This document shows positions 13,637 through 23,897 of a DNA stretch of 64,000 nt, in pieces. Under the pieces are notes generated by a model. The model was not told the DNA's origin and did no database searches. It worked only from the letters and a program-made list of their open reading frames with translations. How positions within the stretch are numbered: position 1 is the stretch's first letter; the number at the start of each line of letters is the position of its first letter. A program made the position numbers and the translations under genes. The stretch lies in sequence record OQ427096.1; one strand, written 5' to 3'.

Positions 13637-14390
13637 TCTCCATCTAGATTTTGCGGATATGAACCCCGAGTTCTTCCAGTGGCGCGGCGACCTGCTGCTT
13701 CTCGCTGGTGACCTCGGTGAGGAAGATTATCTGCGGAAGCATGGTGCTGAGTTCTTCGATGGCGTCTCCAAGATGGCGGAGCAGGTCTTCGTCATCTCAG
13801 GCAACCACGAGTTTTACGGCTCTGAGCTGGATGTAGCGGAAGACCACCTGGACGTCTATCTGGAGCAGTGGAAGAACATCATCCCGCTCCGAAATGAGGT
13901 GAAGTCGTTTGGTCACCTTGACGTCTTTGGTGGCACTCTGTGGACTGATTATCACGGTAGTCCTATCGCGGAAATGGCTGCCTTCATGGGTTTGAATGAC
14001 TTCAAGCAAATTCGCATCAAGAAGGCAGGTTACCGAAAGATCACGCCGCGCGATATCCTGATCGAGCATATGAAGGGAAAGAACAAGCTGCTGGACTTCC
14101 TTGAGAAGCCTAGTGGTGGAATCAAGTTGGTGATGACTCATCATGCGCCTTCGATGCAGTCTGTGCCGAACCGTTTTCGTGCTGATTACGATTTGAACAA
14201 AGCGTATTGCAATCACTTTGATGCGCTGATCGAGTCTTTCCCTGATCTCAGTTATTGGGTTCACGGTCATACGCACGATTACATCAACTATACTATCGGT
14301 CAGACGGAAGTGATCTGCAATCCGCGCGGCTACCCAGCTGAGCGACCAGCACATCTTCCGCCATATCAACCAAGGGATATTTTGCTATGA
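13614..14390 (+). CDS. metallophosphoesterase (calcineurin-like)
   Basis: SDLH, AGD, GNHE, THH, HGHTH motifs. Confidence 0.92.
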   Translation: MKVGVASDLHLDFADMNPEFFQWRGDLLLLAGDLGEEDYLRKHGAEFFDGVSKMAEQVFVISGNHEFYGSELDVAEDHLDVYLEQWKNIIPLRNEVKSFGHLDVFGGTLWTDYHGSPIAEMAAFMGLNDFKQIRIKKAGYRKITPRDILIEHMKGKNKLLDFLEKPSGGIKLVMTHHAPSMQSVPNRFRADYDLNKAYCNHFDALIESFPDLSYWVHGHTHDYINYTIGQTEVICNPRGYPAERPAHLPPYQPRDILL

Positions 14391-14773
14391 ACATTTTTAT
14401 GGGGTCCTGGTCTGACCGTGAGGATATGATCGCAGATTTCTGCCACTATGATGGCGAAGGTCGCGAGCGCGTCAAAAACTATCTCGATGACGCACAGATC
14501 ATCCTTGCATACTACGAAAGCTCTGGGTACGAAGGCGATGCGTTCGTTCTCTTCCGCAAGTGGGGCAAGTACTACGAAGTAAGCGGCGGTCACTGTTCCT
14601 GCTATGGTCTTGAAGGTCAGTTCGAGCCGGAGGAAACTACGCTTGAAGCAATCGTGCACCGTTTGGAGCATGGTGATCTGGGGCGTGAGTATTCCTGGAA
14701 CAAATCTGAAAAGGGTGCGAACAAGTTCGCGGATGAACTGGAAGAAGCAATCATGAGGCTGGAGAAGATCTAA
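14387..14773 (+). CDS. hypothetical protein
   Basis: YEGDAFVLF...GGHCSCYGLEGQF motif. Confidence 0.75.
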   Translation: MNIFMGSWSDREDMIADFCHYDGEGRERVKNYLDDAQIILAYYESSGYEGDAFVLFRKWGKYYEVSGGHCSCYGLEGQFEPEETTLEAIVHRLEHGDLGREYSWNKSEKGANKFADELEEAIMRLEKI

Positions 14774-14924
14774 TGAGCATCGTCGAACAATTCGCTCACC
14801 TCTGCGTGTGGGCAGGCACGGATAACTACCGTTGGAAGATGAAGCAGGTCGGCTGGACTGGTTGGTCTGTCGACGGTCTCAAGGAAAAGCCTGCCGCTGA
14901 GGAAGGCTACGAGAAGGAGTAACT

Positions 14925-15920
14925 ATGGGCGGCAACGCTTTTGATAAGGCAGAGCGCCTTACACCGCAGTTCTACAAAGATGTCGTAGACGATATCAAGT
15001 GGCTCCTTCGGAACATCATGGGGTATGGCTCCGGCTTCTCTATTCCGCATTCTGTGCGGAACAAGGAAAGCTACGGCGACGTCGATGTTCTGGTGGCAAG
15101 CTCACAGATGCAAGCTGCACTCAAACAGATGAAGAACGGCTTCAATGTCGTTGGTGAAATCTCAAATGGTTGCGGCTACAATCTCCTCGTTCACACTGAT
15201 GGACAGTACGTTCAGATCGATTTGAACAAAACCAAGGATGAGGACATGGAATTTGCGTTCCATTACTTCTCTTGGAATGACCTGGGAAACCTGATCGGTC
15301 GTATCGCGCATCGTCAAGGTCTGAAACATGGTCACGACGGTCTGTGGTATGTGCATCGCGATGGTGACCATCAGCTGGGTGAGATTCTGCTGACCAAGGA
15401 CTACGACACTGCGCTGTGTCATCTTGGATTTGACGTCAACGATTTCCGTGCAGGCTTTGATTCCTTCGAACAGATGTTTGATTGGGTCGAGCGTTGCAAG
15501 TATTTCGAGCCGAGCGCATTCCCTCTTGAGCATCGTAACCATCAAGCTCGCGTTCGTGATGCGAAGAGGAAGGTGTACAATCTGTTCCTTGAGCGACTCG
15601 CCTTCGATGGAGACTACGTTCCTTCGGACAAGGAAAAGCACCTCGAGCGCCACAAAGACAAATGGCCCCACCTGAGAAGCGAGATCCTGTTCCTGAATTG
15701 TCAGAATGCTGTTCGCAAGGAAGTCAAGGCTAAGCTCAACGGTAACATCGTTCGCGAGCTGACAGGTCTTGACGGAAAGGAACTAGGCGAGCTAATGCAG
15801 ATTGTGAAGAGGATGCTGCCTGAGGACAAGGTATACAGCATGTTCCCAGCTGAGATTGAGGAAGGGGTCATGGATGCTTTTGAACGTTACAAGGTAGAGA
15901 AGAATGCGACTAATTCTTGA
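14925..15920 (+). CDS. Pol-beta-superfamily nucleotidyltransferase
   Basis: MGGNAF start; KESYGDVDVLV (G-D-x-D); VQIDL. Confidence 0.75.
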   Translation: MGGNAFDKAERLTPQFYKDVVDDIKWLLRNIMGYGSGFSIPHSVRNKESYGDVDVLVASSQMQAALKQMKNGFNVVGEISNGCGYNLLVHTDGQYVQIDLNKTKDEDMEFAFHYFSWNDLGNLIGRIAHRQGLKHGHDGLWYVHRDGDHQLGEILLTKDYDTALCHLGFDVNDFRAGFDSFEQMFDWVERCKYFEPSAFPLEHRNHQARVRDAKRKVYNLFLERLAFDGDYVPSDKEKHLERHKDKWPHLRSEILFLNCQNAVRKEVKAKLNGNIVRELTGLDGKELGELMQIVKRMLPEDKVYSMFPAEIEEGVMDAFERYKVEKNATNS

Positions 15921-16236
15921 TTGGACCAATGGCGAGTATGATGACACTCGCACCTGGGTTGAACCGGTAGAGTTTGAATCGAAGGAAGTCTTCTTTGAAA
16001 AGCTCGAGGCTAAGAAGATCGAGTACAAGGAAAATCGTGACAAGCAGATCTCTGTCCGTGAGAAATATGTGCGGAAAGAAATCAGCTATGACGAATACTT
16101 CGAGCAACTGGACAAGCTCGACTCTGTGAATATCGTCGATGACAAGGGGCGCGAGTTCTTCCTTGGTGATATGATTTACATGGGTCACTGGGATCCAATT
16201 ACTGTCTACACCGTTGATGAATGGTACGGAGATTGA
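15904..16236 (+). CDS. hypothetical protein
   Basis: Overlapping co-oriented ORF. Confidence 0.7.
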   Translation: MRLILDWTNGEYDDTRTWVEPVEFESKEVFFEKLEAKKIEYKENRDKQISVREKYVRKEISYDEYFEQLDKLDSVNIVDDKGREFFLGDMIYMGHWDPITVYTVDEWYGD

Positions 16237-16237
16237 T

Positions 16238-16483
16238 ATGAAAGAGAAGTCGAAGGAAAAGCTGAAATACTACGCTGTGTCTGCAAAGACGGAATCGGGG
16301 GATGACTATCTGTTCCTGCTCAAGGCAAAGAATGCTCTGGATGTAGCCAACCAGTTCTCGGTGGCTATGGATGAAGAGCTCGGCTACGTCTACTACAACG
16401 CTGTCGAAGCCGAAGACCCTGAGGATGCCAAGGCTGCTAAGAAGGCCATCAATCGTGCAATCGAAAATGCAGAGATTGACTGA
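16238..16483 (+). CDS. hypothetical protein
   Basis: Packed ORF. Confidence 0.65.
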   Translation: MKEKSKEKLKYYAVSAKTESGDDYLFLLKAKNALDVANQFSVAMDEELGYVYYNAVEAEDPEDAKAAKKAINRAIENAEID

Positions 16484-16625
16484 GGCACTCAAAGAGTTTG
16501 CCTATGATATGCTCTATGGTGTTGGCTGCATCATAGAGCTTCTAATCGACTGTGCAATTGGTATCTGGGAAGACTGCGTACGCAAAGGGTAAATACTGTG
16601 GATACATCACACAGGACATTTTCCA

Positions 16626-17276
16626 ATGCCACTAAGTTTCTTCCCCGATGCCGTTCCTACCGCGATCGGCTGGGCACATCCACTGACCGGCGAACAGCTG
16701 ACGGCAGGTGCTATTCCAGCATCTCAGCTTGATGGCGATACCCCGGTTGATTTCTACAAGCCAAATGCTAAGGCCAAGTCTTTCCTTGACCCAGCTGGTT
16801 CAACACGTAACCTGATCAACCATGTTGCTCACGGAAAGCGAGTTGAGTTTGCAGTTCACTCCCTCGACAAGATTGCCTCAGTGGCATGGACGTTCGGGGG
16901 TGCAGCTGTTGCTAGCGTGAACGTTACAGCAGGTGGTTCTGGCTATACCGGCGCGCCTACCGTAACCTTTGCAGCACCGCCTGCAGGAGGTGTGCGTGCT
17001 ACCGGTACTGCGGTTCTAACCGGAGCAGCCGTCACTGGTGTTACGATCACGAACCCAGGTTCTGGCTACACTGCTGCACCAGCAATTACGTTTGCCGGTG
17101 GTGCAGGTACAGGTGCTGCGGCTACCGCTGTTCTTGCTGCCAACGCAGCTGTTGCAGGTGGTGCTGTCCAGCAGAAGGTCTTCCCTGCAGGTACGCACAG
17201 TGTCAAGGCTGTTGTTTCGTATGTCGGTGGCACTCCAGCCAACGTCACGTTGAACACTTCGGTCACCGTAGCCTAA
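16626..17276 (+). CDS. putative virion structural protein
   Basis: TAAATA upstream (16590-16595), own terminator; two VT..GSGYT.APT/AITF repeats, G/A/T/V-rich. Confidence 0.6.
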   Translation: MPLSFFPDAVPTAIGWAHPLTGEQLTAGAIPASQLDGDTPVDFYKPNAKAKSFLDPAGSTRNLINHVAHGKRVEFAVHSLDKIASVAWTFGGAAVASVNVTAGGSGYTGAPTVTFAAPPAGGVRATGTAVLTGAAVTGVTITNPGSGYTAAPAITFAGGAGTGAAATAVLAANAAVAGGAVQQKVFPAGTHSVKAVVSYVGGTPANVTLNTSVTVA

Positions 17277-17283
17277 TAGAAAG

Positions 17284-17320
17284 AACCCGTAGCGGCGAAA
17301 GCTTCTACGGGTTTTTCTTT
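17284..17320 (+). terminator. Intrinsic terminator
   Basis: AACCCGTAG/CTACGGGTT + T run. Confidence 0.85.
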
Positions 17321-17356
17321 GGTGTTGTTTCGTCATTGATGTTATATCATATAGTC

Positions 17357-17908
17357 ATGAACACATTCTTTATTTCTGATACGCACTTCACCCACGGAAA
17401 TCTGATGAAGCATTACCCTAATGGGCGTAATCGTTTCGCAGACGTGGATGAACTCGATGAACACATGATCACCGAGTGGAATGCTCGCATTGGTCGAAAG
17501 GACCGCGTGTATCACGTTGGTGACTTCGGCGGATGGGACATTGAAAAGTCCACCAAGGTTCTTCGTCGCCTCAATGGCCAGAAGTTCTTGGTTCCGGGCA
17601 ACCACGACAAGAAGCACATCAAGGACGAGAAGTTCCGTTCTCAGTGGTCGATGATCTATCCCTATTCGTATGCTGAGATCAGCTGCGAAGGTCAGCCGAT
17701 TGTGCTGTGTCACTTCCCGATCTGGGAATGGATGCAGATCCATCGAGGCTGGTGGCATATCCATGGGCACGTCCACGGCAAGCCGACTGGTATTCCTGGC
17801 AAGATTCTCGACGTTGGAGTCGATGGCCACAACCTGTTACCATGGTCGTGGGAAGAAGTAGTTGAACACATGGCAAACCGCCCAACAAGGACACATCATG
17901 AGCACTGA
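17357..17908 (+). CDS. metallophosphoesterase (phage type)
   Basis: SDTHFTH, HVGD, GNHD, LCHFP, HGHVHG. Confidence 0.92.
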   Translation: MNTFFISDTHFTHGNLMKHYPNGRNRFADVDELDEHMITEWNARIGRKDRVYHVGDFGGWDIEKSTKVLRRLNGQKFLVPGNHDKKHIKDEKFRSQWSMIYPYSYAEISCEGQPIVLCHFPIWEWMQIHRGWWHIHGHVHGKPTGIPGKILDVGVDGHNLLPWSWEEVVEHMANRPTRTHHEH

Positions 17909-18350
17909 AATCGAACTGCTGTTTGAAAAGCTTGACCAGATGGGCATGCGCCTGGGTGGTCTCACTCTGGGTGACAATCCTGAAAATGCTGAGAAGGTAG
18001 CTCGCGAACTGCGACTAAGCCTGGAACGTCTTGAGGATGTTGGTCTCGAAGAAATTACCGACTTCGACTGCACTGGCGAACCGACTCAGGAAAAGATTGA
18101 TCGTGACCGGCGTGCTCTTGCTCGTATGCAGAAGCGAGCTGACGACATCAAGGCCAAGACCCGCGATCTCAAGCGTGAGCTGGGCGAGGACCTGATGAAA
18201 TATGCTGAAGAAAATCTTCGCCCCTATTCCTATGGCAAGGCAGGCATTGAAGATGCCGTAGACAAAATCGTCAACACTGCCAACCTCAATGATTACGATT
18301 ATGAGGACGGCTATAGTGGTTTCTGGCTTCCTTCCAACTTCGGCTGCTAA
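17898..18350 (+). CDS. hypothetical protein
   Basis: Overlapping ORF; W.PSN..C end. Confidence 0.7.
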   Translation: MSTEIELLFEKLDQMGMRLGGLTLGDNPENAEKVARELRLSLERLEDVGLEEITDFDCTGEPTQEKIDRDRRALARMQKRADDIKAKTRDLKRELGEDLMKYAEENLRPYSYGKAGIEDAVDKIVNTANLNDYDYEDGYSGFWLPSNFGC

Positions 18351-18361
18351 AGGAGAATCAA

Positions 18362-18583
18362 ATGCCTTACTCGATTCCTATGTATGAAAGTGAACGCGGC
18401 TGGGGTGGTAAGATTGATGGCTATGCTGGTCCGTTTCCAACCTACGAGGAGGCCAAGGATTTCAAGAAGGCCTACAATCGTAAGTACAATAACGAAGCCC
18501 GTGCTCCTGACTACTACATCATGGCAATGGATCCGGTAGAAACCACACCGACTATGAAGCATGACTACCGATCAACTGTCTGA
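18362..18583 (+). CDS. hypothetical protein
   Basis: AAGGAG RBS; YESERGWG motif. Confidence 0.75.
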   Translation: MPYSIPMYESERGWGGKIDGYAGPFPTYEEAKDFKKAYNRKYNNEARAPDYYIMAMDPVETTPTMKHDYRSTV

Positions 18584-18737
18584 GCATGTCGTACTAGACA
18601 AAGCTTGGTTCAATCGGTTAGTTGAGTTCATCGGTCCTGGCGCCCTCACCTACATGGCAAGAAACATGCCTGAGGGCGTCGTTACCGTCCCATTGGATAT
18701 TGATCTATCGAAAGTTAGATCATAGTCTAAGCAACTG

Positions 18738-18767
18738 TGGACACCGACTTTCTGATTCCTGTATAAT
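18738..18767 (+). promoter_or_regulatory. sigma70-like promoter of topoisomerase genes
   Basis: TGGACA-N18-TATAAT. Confidence 0.5.
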
Positions 18768-18824
18768 GCTTTGGTAGCACGATTCATTAAAAGAAACTTC
18801 AAATAGAAAGAAAAAGTAGAAGGC

Positions 18825-20687
18825 ATGAAAACAATCGAAAAGCAGTTTAGAAAACTGTCAGAGGTGGAACACGTTCTGCTTCGTCCTGGTCGGTACATCG
18901 GGAGCATTACGTCCCACACTTCTGTGGAACATTGTCCGACTTCGGGAAAGATGGAGCAGCGTGAGCTGACTTTCAATCCTGGCTTCCTCAAGCTGTTCGA
19001 TGAAGTTGTCTCTAACTCTGTCGATCATTCGAAGCGCCCGGAAGGCAAGAATCTCGATACCATCAAGGTTGATATCGATCACTCCACCGGTGAGATCTCT
19101 ATCTACGACAATGGTGGTATTCCTGTCATCAAGCACAAGGAGTACAATCAGTACGTTCCTGAGATGATCTTCGAGCTTCGTTCGGGTAGCAACTTCAATG
19201 ATGCTGACGAGTCGATGCTCACTGGTCAGAATGGTGAAGGTGCTGCACTGACGAATATCTTCTCCAAGAAGTTCACTGTTGAGACTTGTGACGGCAAGTA
19301 CAAGTTCAAGATGGAGTTCTCGGACAATTCTCAGACTCGCTCGACACCTGTGGTTCGACCAGGTTCGGGTGGCTTCACAAAGATCACCTATCAGCCTGAC
19401 TTTGAAAAGCTGGGCATGAAGGGCATTGATGAAGGGAACATTGCAGTTCTCGTCAATCGTGTCTATGAGATTGCAGCTACGAATTCTCACCTCAAGGTGT
19501 ATCTCAATGGTAGTCGCATCACGTTGAAGTCCTTCAAGGATTACATCGAGATGTTCACACCTGAGTATGCCTATGACGAAAACGAACACTGGAAGATCGG
19601 TATTGCCAGTGCTGAGGATGGGTTCGCTCATATCTCGTTCGTCAATGGCACTCGCACAAAGACTGGTGGTAGCCATATCGACTATGTGGCCAATCAGATT
19701 TGTACGGAACTTCGTGCTCATATCAAGAAGAAGCACAAGATCGACGTCAAGCCTTCGGAGTTGAAGCAGCACTTCCGACTGTTCATTGATGCTCAGATCG
19801 TCAATCCTCGCTATTCGTCTCAGACGAAGGAAGACCTGATCACTGAGGTGAAGGACTTCAAGACGAGCTGGACCATTGATCAGAAGTTCGTCAACAAGAT
19901 CATCAAGTCGACGATCATTCAGTCGGTGCTTGATTGGGCAGCTGCAAAGGCTCATCAAGAAGAGATGCGCGAGCTCCGTAAGCTCAACAAGGCAACGGAC
20001 AAGGCTAACCTCAAGCATATTGCGAAGTTCAACGATGCGACTGAAAAGAAGAATCGTCATTTGACTTCGCTGTTCCTGGCTGAGGGTGACTCGGCAGCAG
20101 GTCCTCTGCGCGGTGCTCGTAATCCGAAGCTGCATGGAATCTTTGCTCTGCGTGGTCGACCAATCAATGTGTCGGCAGCACCTCTGGCAAAGGTCAAGGA
20201 GAACGATCAGTTCGAGAATGCACGAATTGTCGTTGGGTTGAAGTACGGCGAAGCTCCGGACTTGAACAATCTAAACTTCGGACGTATCATTGTGGCATCG
20301 GACGCTGACCAGTTCGGTCACTCCATTGCTGGTCTGGTAGTAAACATGTACTACCGACTGTGGCCAGACCTTGTCAAGAAAGGCAAGATCTATCGTCTCG
20401 TCACTCCTGTAGTCACTGTTGACTACAAGAAGCAGGATCTCGAATTCTTCTCGATGGAAGAGTTTGAGGCATGGCGTCTTAAGCATCAGAACGAGAAATA
20501 CAGCTACAAGTTCTTGAAGGGACTTGGCTCGTCGTCTCCGAAGCAGTGGAAGAAGTACATGGACAATCTGGATCGTTATCTGGTGCAGTTCACGTTCGAC
20601 GACTCGGCAAAGGAAACGATGGACCTCTGCTTCTTGAAGGAAGCTGGTTTCACCGACAAACGTAAGGCATGGTTGGATCTGGAATGA
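18825..20687 (+). CDS. DNA topoisomerase II large subunit (T4 gp39+60-like, GyrB/ParE homolog)
   Basis: HVLLRPGRYIGS, EVVSNSVD, GQNGEGA, EGDSA, ALRG, DAD, KGLGS. Confidence 0.97.
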   Translation: MKTIEKQFRKLSEVEHVLLRPGRYIGSITSHTSVEHCPTSGKMEQRELTFNPGFLKLFDEVVSNSVDHSKRPEGKNLDTIKVDIDHSTGEISIYDNGGIPVIKHKEYNQYVPEMIFELRSGSNFNDADESMLTGQNGEGAALTNIFSKKFTVETCDGKYKFKMEFSDNSQTRSTPVVRPGSGGFTKITYQPDFEKLGMKGIDEGNIAVLVNRVYEIAATNSHLKVYLNGSRITLKSFKDYIEMFTPEYAYDENEHWKIGIASAEDGFAHISFVNGTRTKTGGSHIDYVANQICTELRAHIKKKHKIDVKPSELKQHFRLFIDAQIVNPRYSSQTKEDLITEVKDFKTSWTIDQKFVNKIIKSTIIQSVLDWAAAKAHQEEMRELRKLNKATDKANLKHIAKFNDATEKKNRHLTSLFLAEGDSAAGPLRGARNPKLHGIFALRGRPINVSAAPLAKVKENDQFENARIVVGLKYGEAPDLNNLNFGRIIVASDADQFGHSIAGLVVNMYYRLWPDLVKKGKIYRLVTPVVTVDYKKQDLEFFSMEEFEAWRLKHQNEKYSYKFLKGLGSSSPKQWKKYMDNLDRYLVQFTFDDSAKETMDLCFLKEAGFTDKRKAWLDLE

Positions 20688-22048
20688 GATTTTTCGAAGA
20701 CGATAGCAATTTTGAAACGACCCCGGCGAATCAGTCGGGGGTCACCAAGCTGCGAGTGAAGGACTTCCTCGATCGAGACTTCAAATCATTCTCGGAATAC
20801 GATTGTCAGATCAACATTCCGAACATGATTGATGGTTTCAAGATCAGTCAGCGCAAGGCAGCCTATGTCATCAACCGAACGAACAAACTCAACACCGTTG
20901 AGCGATATTCGGCACAGGTGGCATCAGAAACTGCATACCATCATGGTGCAGGCAATCTGGAAGGCGTCATCGTTGGTATGGCGCAGAACTTCCCGACCTC
21001 GAACAATGTCAATTGGTTCGTTCCAGATGGCACGTTCGGTAACATCCTTGACCACAAGGCTTCGTCTGGACGATACATCTCGGTTGAAGGCTCTCCCAAC
21101 TTCCGAAAGTGGTTCAGTAAGGACGACGACCTGATCCTCGAATACGAGTTTGAGGACGGTGAACAGATTGAGCCGACGTTCTTCATTCCTAAGGTTCCGA
21201 CAATTCTGTTCAATGGTTCGTCGGGCATTGGTACCGGTTACTCGAGCACGATTCTGAACTACAACCCTGACGACGTCGTGCGCAATGTGCTGCAGGTCGT
21301 CAACGGAAAGAAGCAGACCAAGCTGGTTCCTTGGTATCGTGGTTGGACTGGTGATATCTCGAAGGCTGATGGACAGACGACTTTCCGTGGCAAGTTTGAG
21401 CGTGTCAACACCACGACCATTCTGATCACTGAGCTTCCGGTTGGTGTTGAGCAGGAGAAGTATCAGTCGCACCTGTCGAAGCTTATTGATAAGGGCTGGA
21501 TCAAAGACTATGACGATGACTCGACGGAAGAGGCTGGTTGGAAGATCACTCTCTACACGACTCGCGAATGGCTCAAGGCACAAACCGACGAAGACCTGAT
21601 GGTCAAATTGGGCTTGATCTCTCGTGAGTCTGAGAACATCGTTGTCTGGGATCACAAGGGCAAGATCAAGACCTTCGACAATCCTGAGCAGTTGGTTGAG
21701 TATTTCGTTGAGGCTCGTCTGGAGTTCTACGAGAAGCGTCGTCAGAAGCTGATCGAGGCAACGTCTGAGAAAATTCGTTGGTTGAGTGAGCGCATGCGCT
21801 TCATTCTTTTCTATCTGGACAACTCAGCTACCTTCAAGAACTTGAAGAAGGATGCCTTGGTAGAACTGTTGCAGAAAAACAAGTTTGCCGACTACGATCG
21901 CCTGTTGCAGATGCCTATCTGGAACTTGACGAAAGATAAGATCGAAGAACTTTCGAAGGCAACGGACAACGAAAAGTCTACCCTGGTTGCCCTCGAAAAA
22001 GATACGGCGAAGGACATGTACGTTCGAGAGCTGAAGGAAATCAAGTAG
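20684..22048 (+). CDS. DNA topoisomerase II subunit (T4 gp52-like, GyrA/ParC homolog)
   Basis: IPNMIDGFKISQRK, YHHG, ASSGRY active-site Tyr, GIGTGYS. Confidence 0.97.
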   Translation: MRFFEDDSNFETTPANQSGVTKLRVKDFLDRDFKSFSEYDCQINIPNMIDGFKISQRKAAYVINRTNKLNTVERYSAQVASETAYHHGAGNLEGVIVGMAQNFPTSNNVNWFVPDGTFGNILDHKASSGRYISVEGSPNFRKWFSKDDDLILEYEFEDGEQIEPTFFIPKVPTILFNGSSGIGTGYSSTILNYNPDDVVRNVLQVVNGKKQTKLVPWYRGWTGDISKADGQTTFRGKFERVNTTTILITELPVGVEQEKYQSHLSKLIDKGWIKDYDDDSTEEAGWKITLYTTREWLKAQTDEDLMVKLGLISRESENIVVWDHKGKIKTFDNPEQLVEYFVEARLEFYEKRRQKLIEATSEKIRWLSERMRFILFYLDNSATFKNLKKDALVELLQKNKFADYDRLLQMPIWNLTKDKIEELSKATDNEKSTLVALEKDTAKDMYVRELKEIK

Positions 22049-22108
22049 GAACTTGTTCTTTCTACATCGAAACAATATCATAGTTTTACGGTAACCAAAC
22101 AGGACTTT

Positions 22109-22432
22109 GTGATGATGATCAGGTTGGACGGCGCGAAGGTTGCATTGATCTCCGCTGCCGTCGCTCGTGTTGCAGGTAGTGAAGCCCACAAGTTCGTCAT
22201 TGACGAGCATCTGCGGGCGATTTCCTCCGCCGTTGGCGCCGAAGGCGTCTCGGTGTATGACCTGGGCAAGCGGAACGAAAAGACTCGCTTCATTCGTTTC
22301 GACTTCCCGCAGGGTGAACAGATCGAAATCGAAGTCGGTCCGCAGCCTGAGTTCGTGAACCATGACAATCGCCCCGAAGGCGATGATGACACCCCGGGCG
22401 GCACGCCTGTTGCGATGCGGATGGCAGCATGA
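22109..22432 (+). CDS. hypothetical protein
   Basis: ORF with RBS. Confidence 0.65.
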   Translation: MMMIRLDGAKVALISAAVARVAGSEAHKFVIDEHLRAISSAVGAEGVSVYDLGKRNEKTRFIRFDFPQGEQIEIEVGPQPEFVNHDNRPEGDDDTPGGTPVAMRMAA

Positions 22433-22704
22433 TCGAGATCATCTTTGGGTGGGCGCTTCCTGCGCTCATCCTTCTCATCGTAGGTGGGTACTTCACCTGG
22501 AAGAAAGCGAAGGAAGACATTCTGTACTACGACTGTCTTACTCGCGGGACGCTGCTGAGAATCCCGTTGGTTCTTATCGCCGCTGCGTTTCCGGGCATCA
22601 ACTGGGTGGCTATCCTCTTCATCGTAGCCTGGGCACTCGCTGTGTATGAACGCCAAATATCTGACTTCTTCAGAGAGCCTGTCTGCGGAAGGAAGAAGAA
22701 ATGA
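22429..22704 (+). CDS. small membrane protein (P-x-x-N family)
   Basis: LTRGTLL...FPGIN. Confidence 0.75.
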   Translation: MIEIIFGWALPALILLIVGGYFTWKKAKEDILYYDCLTRGTLLRIPLVLIAAAFPGINWVAILFIVAWALAVYERQISDFFREPVCGRKKK

Positions 22705-23003
22705 GCATCTTTCTGTTCGCACTCTGGGCATTCGGAAGTCTCTTCTGTCTCGCCTACCTGACCAGCGTAGCTAAAGACCACATCAAGCACTACGATTTGA
22801 CGGTTGGCGACCTGGGCTTCTTCGGAGTGATGTGCTTGTTGGCGGTCATCCCGGTGTTTAACTTGCTGGCAGGATTCGTTATCTTTGCCGAGTGGGTTGA
22901 GGTCACCTTCGGACCCAAAGCAAAGCGCATCATCGATTTCATCTCCAACCACCCGATATGGGACAAGGTAATCTTTGTCTCGAAAGAATCCAACAAGAGG
23001 TAA
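22701..23003 (+). CDS. small membrane protein (P-x-x-N family)
   Basis: LTVGDLG...IPVFN. Confidence 0.75.
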   Translation: MSIFLFALWAFGSLFCLAYLTSVAKDHIKHYDLTVGDLGFFGVMCLLAVIPVFNLLAGFVIFAEWVEVTFGPKAKRIIDFISNHPIWDKVIFVSKESNKR

Positions 23004-23010
23004 TACCGAA

Positions 23011-23226
23011 ATGGCTGTGAAAGAAAAGAAGGACACCAAGACCTACGTTGGTGCACGCATCTCCACCAAGCAGTTCAAGCGCTACCTGGCCACTGCTCCG
23101 ACGCCGGAAGCGAAGCGCGCCATCAAGTCTCTGTACCTGAGCGAGCCGGTCAAGTTCTACAGCAAGGCTGACCTGGCTGCTGAGAACGAAGGTGTCGAAA
23201 CCGACCTGCCGGTCAAGGCGAAGTAA
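23011..23226 (+). CDS. hypothetical basic protein
   Basis: GAGG RBS, biased codons. Confidence 0.7.
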   Translation: MAVKEKKDTKTYVGARISTKQFKRYLATAPTPEAKRAIKSLYLSEPVKFYSKADLAAENEGVETDLPVKAK

Positions 23227-23229
23227 GAA

Positions 23230-23523
23230 ATGGCCATCTCCAAGAAGCGCATCGCTTTCTGGACTGTGGCACTGGCCTTCGGGGTAGCAATTTCGCTACC
23301 CCTGGGCGCTAACGCAGAACAGCCGACCCAGCCGAAGCCGGTTCCGTCGTATGTCCAGGCCAACGTGAATCAGTTCAAGTTCACGCAGATTCCTGATCCG
23401 TCGACCAAGGGCGAGACTTCGGTCATCCGTTTCGTCGACTACGAACTGCGCAAGGTATGCTACATCCAGAAGATGTATGTCTACCATGGTGGCGGTCCGG
23501 CAATGAGCTGCCTGCCGCTATGA
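23230..23523 (+). CDS. exported protein (Cys-pair family)
   Basis: Signal peptide; KVCY...AMSCLP. Confidence 0.7.
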   Translation: MAISKKRIAFWTVALAFGVAISLPLGANAEQPTQPKPVPSYVQANVNQFKFTQIPDPSTKGETSVIRFVDYELRKVCYIQKMYVYHGGGPAMSCLPL

Positions 23524-23876
23524 AGAAGATTCTTCTCGCAGTTGCGCTGATGATGCCTCTGTCTGCAATGGCACAGAACATCATCATGGATACGAACACT
23601 CAGATGCTGACCCAGTCGATGATGGCGTCTGCAAATGAGCCGAGCCGACCGAAGCCGACGGCGCACACCTTCTACAAAGAGCGCGTGCCAGGCAAGCCCG
23701 AAGAAGGTTTCATCCCGGTCACAAGAAATGCACCTGCTGTAAACTATGTGCAGGATAAGGTAAGGGTCGAAGGCAAGACGATCTACATGCTGGATGATAG
23801 GGCTAAGGGCATCAAGTGCTACTTCATCACCTATTTCAGCGTGCGTGAACCTGCAATCTCCTGTGTGAAGTACTAA
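23520..23876 (+). CDS. exported protein (Cys-pair family)
   Basis: MKKILLAVALMMPLSAMA signal; IKCY...AISCVK. Confidence 0.72.
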   Translation: MKKILLAVALMMPLSAMAQNIIMDTNTQMLTQSMMASANEPSRPKPTAHTFYKERVPGKPEEGFIPVTRNAPAVNYVQDKVRVEGKTIYMLDDRAKGIKCYFITYFSVREPAISCVKY

Positions 23877-23897
23877 CTCAACTCTGGAAAATATATC

